This document shows, one piece after another, positions 59,837 through 64,000 of a stretch of DNA of 64,000 nt. The DNA comes from Escherichia coli (GTDB lineage: Bacteria; Pseudomonadota; Gammaproteobacteria; Enterobacterales; Enterobacteriaceae): the NCBI RefSeq assembly GCF_003334305.1, contig NZ_QOWS01000007.1; one strand, 5' to 3'. The translations under genes and the position numbers were made by a program. The notes under the pieces were generated by a model that saw only the letters and a list, made by a program, of their open reading frames with translations, did not search any database and was not told where the DNA came from. Each line of letters starts with the position of its first letter. Positions within the stretch are counted from its first letter, which is position 1.

Positions 59837-61687
59837 TTAAACCTCGTCCACGGAATGGCCTTTCAGCGCACGACGAACCGACTGGTCCATGCGGCGAGCG
59901 GCGAAATCCTGGGTTTGTTTGTCTACGTTTTTAATCGCTTGTTCGATGGCGTCAACGTCATCGCCCTGCGCCACTTCACTCAGGTGAGCGGCAGCATCGT
60001 CAATGACCTGACGTTCTGCGGCGCTTAACAGCGCGGCATCAGCAGCCAGCGCGCCGTGCAGACTTTCCAGCACACGCGCCGCTTCTACTTTTTGTTCTGC
60101 CAGCATTCGGGCTTTTACGTCCTGCTCGGCATAGCTCATTGAGTCTTTGATCATCGAAGCGATTTCGCTATCGGTCAGACCGTAAGACGGTTTGACCTGA
60201 ATAGACGCCTCAACGCCGGTGGATTTCTCCATCGCCGTCACGCTCAAAAGACCGTCGGCATCGACCTGGAACGTCACGCGAATATGCGCACCGCCAGCCG
60301 GTAGCGCCGGAATACCACGCAGCGCAAAACGCGCCAGTGAGCGGCAGTCCTGCACCAGTTCGCGCTCACCCTGCATTACATGGATAGACATCGCCGTCTG
60401 ACCATCTTTAAAGGTGGTGAAATCCTGAGCGCGGGCCACCGGAATAGTGGTATTACGCGGAATCACTTTCTCCACCAGGCCGCCCATCGTTTCGAGGCCC
60501 AGCGACAGTGGGATCACATCAAGCAGCAGCATTTCGCTGTCTGGCTTGTTACCCACCAGAATATCCGCCTGAATCGCCGCGCCAATAGCGACGACTTTAT
60601 CCGGGTCGATGGAAGTCAGCGGTGGACGACCGAAAAATTCGCCTACCCGTTCACGCACCAGCGGCACGCGAGTAGAACCGCCAACCATCACCACTTCCAG
60701 CACTTCATCAGCTTCTACGCCCGCGTCTTTCAGCGCGCGACGACAAGCCAGTAAGGTTCGTTTTACCAGTGGCGCGATCAGTTCATTGAATTGTTCACGG
60801 CTGATTTCGCCCTGCCAGCCCGCAACGTTAACGGTCACGGAGTCCGCATCGCTCAGGGCGATTTTGGCCGCAATGGCGGCATCCAGCAGTTCACGCTGAA
60901 CGCGGTTATCGCTACGATCAGGAATGCCCGCCTGTTCGCGAATGTAATCCGCCAGTAGATGGTCGAAATCATCGCCGCCGAGCGCGGAATCACCGCCGGT
61001 TGCCAGCACTTCAAACACGCCGCGACTTAAGCGCAGAATGGAAATATCAAACGTCCCGCCACCGAGGTCATAAACAGCGATCACGCCTTCCTGACCGGAA
61101 TCCAGCCCGTAGGCGATAGCCGCAGCGGTCGGTTCGTTAAGTAAGCGCAGGACGTGAAGGCCCGCCAGACGCGCCGCGTCTTTGGTGCCCTGACGCTGGG
61201 CATCGTCAAAGTACGCCGGAACGGTGATAACTACACCATCCAGCTCGCCTGCCAGGGCTTCAGTTGCCCGCGCCGCCAGTGCTTTGAGGATGTCCGCAGA
61301 AACGCGCACCGGGTTCAGCAGCCCCGCCGCCGTTTCAATCATCGGCAGGCCGTTTTCGCTGGCCTGGAATTGATAAGGCAGATGCGGATAGCGTTGCTGG
61401 ATATCAGCCAGCGAGCGCCCCATCAGGCGTTTAACAGAACTAATGGTGTTGGCGGTGTCAAGCGCTGCGTTAGTACGCGCGTCATAACCCACCGAATGCC
61501 CTTGCTGTTGATAGTGAACAACAGATGGCAGCAGGTGACGGCCTTCATGGTCGGCTAACGTTTCGGCCTGACCGCTGCGCACTGTCGCCACCAGCGAGTT
61601 GGTTGTGCCCAGGTCAATACCAGCCGCCAGACGACGCTGATGCGGCGCAGCACTCAAACCAGGTTCACTAATTTGTAATAAGGCCAT
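59837..61687 (-). CDS. hscA: Fe-S cluster biogenesis Hsp70-type chaperone HscA
   Basis: ORF 59837..61741; start at [31 protein letters not shown] (616 aa). Confidence 0.93.
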
Positions 61688-61703
61688 GTTTAGCTTCCAG
61701 AAA

Positions 61704-62219
61704 TTAAAAATCGAGCAGTTTTTCTTCGAGTTGTTCGGCACTGCTCCGCAGTTTATCGAGAAAACGCAGCTTACGCACGGTATCCGCCGCCGCGTCCCAC
61801 GCCTCGTTGTCTAACTGTTCAACCATCAACTGATGGCGGGTATCAAACATCTTTTTCACACGTTTGATAAAGCTTTCCAGCCGCGCTTCATCTTTCGCCT
61901 GTTCGATCTCGTCCAGCTCTTCGCGCAGCTCCAACTGTTCCATCAGGAACGCGGTGTCGCGCACAGTATGCTGCTCGCTGGCGAGATCAAAACCGTGTAA
62001 AGAAAGCAAATATTCCGCGCGCATTAACGGATGACGCAGCGTTTGCCAGGCCTGGTTAATGGTTGCAGATTGCTGTACGGCGGCGAGTTGTTCCGCCTGG
62101 CTTCCGCTGGCGAATTTATCAGGATGATACTGACGTTGTAGATCCTGAAAACGCAGGCTCAGCGCCTGGGTATCGAGTTGATAACGGGCAGGCAAGCCAA
62201 AGAGGGTGAAGTAATCCAT
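61704..62219 (-). CDS. hscB: J-domain co-chaperone HscB
   Basis: 171-aa ORF with J-domain HPD motif (YHPDKF). Confidence 0.92.
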
Positions 62220-62314
62220 AACATTCTCAGGGCTGCGATCCGCCGCGATAACGGCGAATCAGGTAAAACAAACCCCACGCGCAGGCGACCACGGTGGGGT
62301 TATCGGTATGCGCA

Positions 62315-62638
62315 TCAAACGTGGAAGCTTTCGCCGCAACCACACTCATCTTTAACGTTCGGGTTGGTGAATTTAAACCCTTCATTCAGGCCTTCTTTTA
62401 CGAAGTCCAGCTGCGTACCGTCCAGAAATTGCAGGCTTTTGCCATCGACCACGACTTTCACGCCTTTGTCTTCAAACACGATGTCTTCCGGCGTCGGTTC
62501 GTCAACAAATTCCAGTACATAAGCCATACCTGAACATCCGGAGGTTCTCACGCCCAGACGCAGGCCAAACCCTTTGCCGCGGTTAGCCAGAAAGGTATTT
62601 ACTCGCGCTGCTGCACTGTCGCTCAGTGTAATCGACAT
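62315..62638 (-). CDS. iscA: A-type Fe-S cluster carrier IscA
   Basis: ORF 62315..62644; start at [13 protein letters not shown]; C-terminal CGCGESF motif (107 aa). Confidence 0.93.
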   Translation of the reverse strand: MSITLSDSAAARVNTFLANRGKGFGLRLGVRTSGCSGMAYVLEFVDEPTPEDIVFEDKGVKVVVDGKSLQFLDGTQLDFVKEGLNEGFKFTNPNVKDECGCGESFHV

Positions 62639-62654
62639 AACCAAACCTCAACTC

Positions 62655-63041
62655 TTATTTTGCTTCACGTTTGCTTTTATAGTCCGCAATGGCGGCTTTG
62701 ATCGCGTCTTCTGCCAGAATAGAACAGTGAATTTTCACCGGCGGCAGTTCAAGTTCTTCAGCAATATCGGTGTTTTTGATCGCCTGCGCTTCGTCGAGAG
62801 ACTTCCCTTTCACCCATTCGGTGACCAGGGAGCTGGAAGCGATAGCAGAACCGCAGCCGTAAGTTTTAAAACGCGCGTCTTCAATGATACCTTCATCGTT
62901 GACTTTAATCTGCAACTTCATCACGTCGCCACAGGCCGGTGCCCCCACCATGCCGCTGCCGACGTTCTCGTCGTTGTTGTCAAAGGAACCCACGTTACGC
63001 GGATTCTCGTAATGGTCGATAACTTTTTCGCTGTAAGCCAT
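62655..63041 (-). CDS. iscU: Fe-S cluster scaffold protein IscU
   Basis: 128-aa ORF with conserved scaffold cysteines and LPPVK motif. Confidence 0.95.
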   Translation of the reverse strand: MAYSEKVIDHYENPRNVGSFDNNDENVGSGMVGAPACGDVMKLQIKVNDEGIIEDARFKTYGCGSAIASSSLVTEWVKGKSLDEAQAIKNTDIAEELELPPVKIHCSILAEDAIKAAIADYKSKREAK

Positions 63042-63068
63042 TATAAATTCTCCTGATTCCGATACCGA

Positions 63069-64000
63069 TTAATGATGAGCCCATTCGATGCTGTTCAGAT
63101 CCACGCCCTGCTTGTACATTTCCCACAGCGGAGAAAGGTCACGCAGACGACCGATGGATTTACGAACTAACTCGATGGTGTAGTCGATCTCTTCTTCAGT
63201 AGTAAAACGACCTAAAGAGAAACGGATAGAGCTATGTGCCAGCTCGTCGTTCAGCCCCAGCGCGCGCAGCACGTAGGACGGTTCGAGGCTTGCTGACGTA
63301 CAGGCGGAACCTGAAGAAACTGCGAGGTCTTTCAGCGCCATAATCAGCGACTCACCTTCAACGTAGTTGAAGCTGACGTTGAGAATGTTCGGCGCACCGT
63401 GTTCCAGGTCACCGTTCAGGTAAACTTCTTCGATATCTTTGATGCCGTTCCACAGACGGTTACGCAGGCCGCGCAGACGTTCCATCTCGGTCGCCATCTC
63501 TTCTTTTGCGATGCGATAGGCCTCGCCCATTCCGACGATCTGGTGAACAGGCAGAGTGCCGGAACGCATACCGCGCTCGTGACCGCCGCCGTGCATTTGC
63601 GCTTCGATGCGTACGCGCGGTTTACGACGTACATACAGCGCACCGATACCTTTCGGGCCATAGATTTTGTGACCGGAGAAAGACATCAGGTCAACTTTCA
63701 ACTGGCTCAGGTCGATAGGCAGTTTACCCACGCTCTGGGTTGCATCAACGTGATAGATAATGCCACGAGCACGGCACATTTCGCCGATAGCCGCGATATC
63801 CTGCACCACGCCGATTTCGTTATTTACGTGCATGATGGAAACAAGGATGGTGTCGTCACGCATCGCTGCTTCAAGTTCTTTCAGGTCGATAATGCCGTTA
63901 CGCTGCGGTGCCAGGTAGGTGACTTCAAAACCTTCGCGCTCCAGCTGACGGCAGGTATCCAGTACCGCTTTGTGTTCGGTTTTGCTGGTGATGATGTGCT
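63069..64000 (-). CDS. iscS: cysteine desulfurase IscS (3' portion; 5' end lies beyond the window)
   Basis: ORF 63069..63863 matches the IscS C-terminal region ([27 protein letters not shown]); the reading frame stays open to the window edge. Confidence 0.93.

Overview
This window reads as a contiguous, gene-dense stretch of Escherichia coli K-12-like core chromosome, and I found no credible novel multi-gene system in it. Every long ORF can be assigned to a known family. Gene order is purC, bamC, dapA, gcvR, bcp, hyfABC(D)EFGHIJ, hyfR, focB, perM, bepA, yfgD, hda, uraA, upp, purMN, ppk, ppx, pdeF(yfgF), yfgGHI, guaAB, xseA, yfgJ, der, bamB, yfgM, hisS, ispG, rodZ, rlmN, ndk, pbpC, yfhM, sseA, (ryfA), sseB, pepB, iscX, fdx, hscAB, iscAU and the 3' part of iscS. 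Assignments rest on recognising the translated ORFs and their lengths from memory; no database search was run. I saw no rRNA, tRNA, CRISPR array, IS element, integrase or prophage gene. Non-coding content is three REP/BIME clusters, several hairpin terminators, PurR operator-like palindromes at purC and purM, a sigma-54 promoter ahead of hyfA, and the sseA-sseB spacer expected to hold the ryfA sRNA. The most notable observation is that hyfD is broken into three reading frames (a 1-bp slip in a G run plus loss of about 70 codons), which would make it a pseudogene. The second is a 41-codon hydrophobic ORF inside the ryfA spacer. Motif coordinates read by hand may be off by 1-2 nt; CDS coordinates come from the ORF track and include the stop codon.
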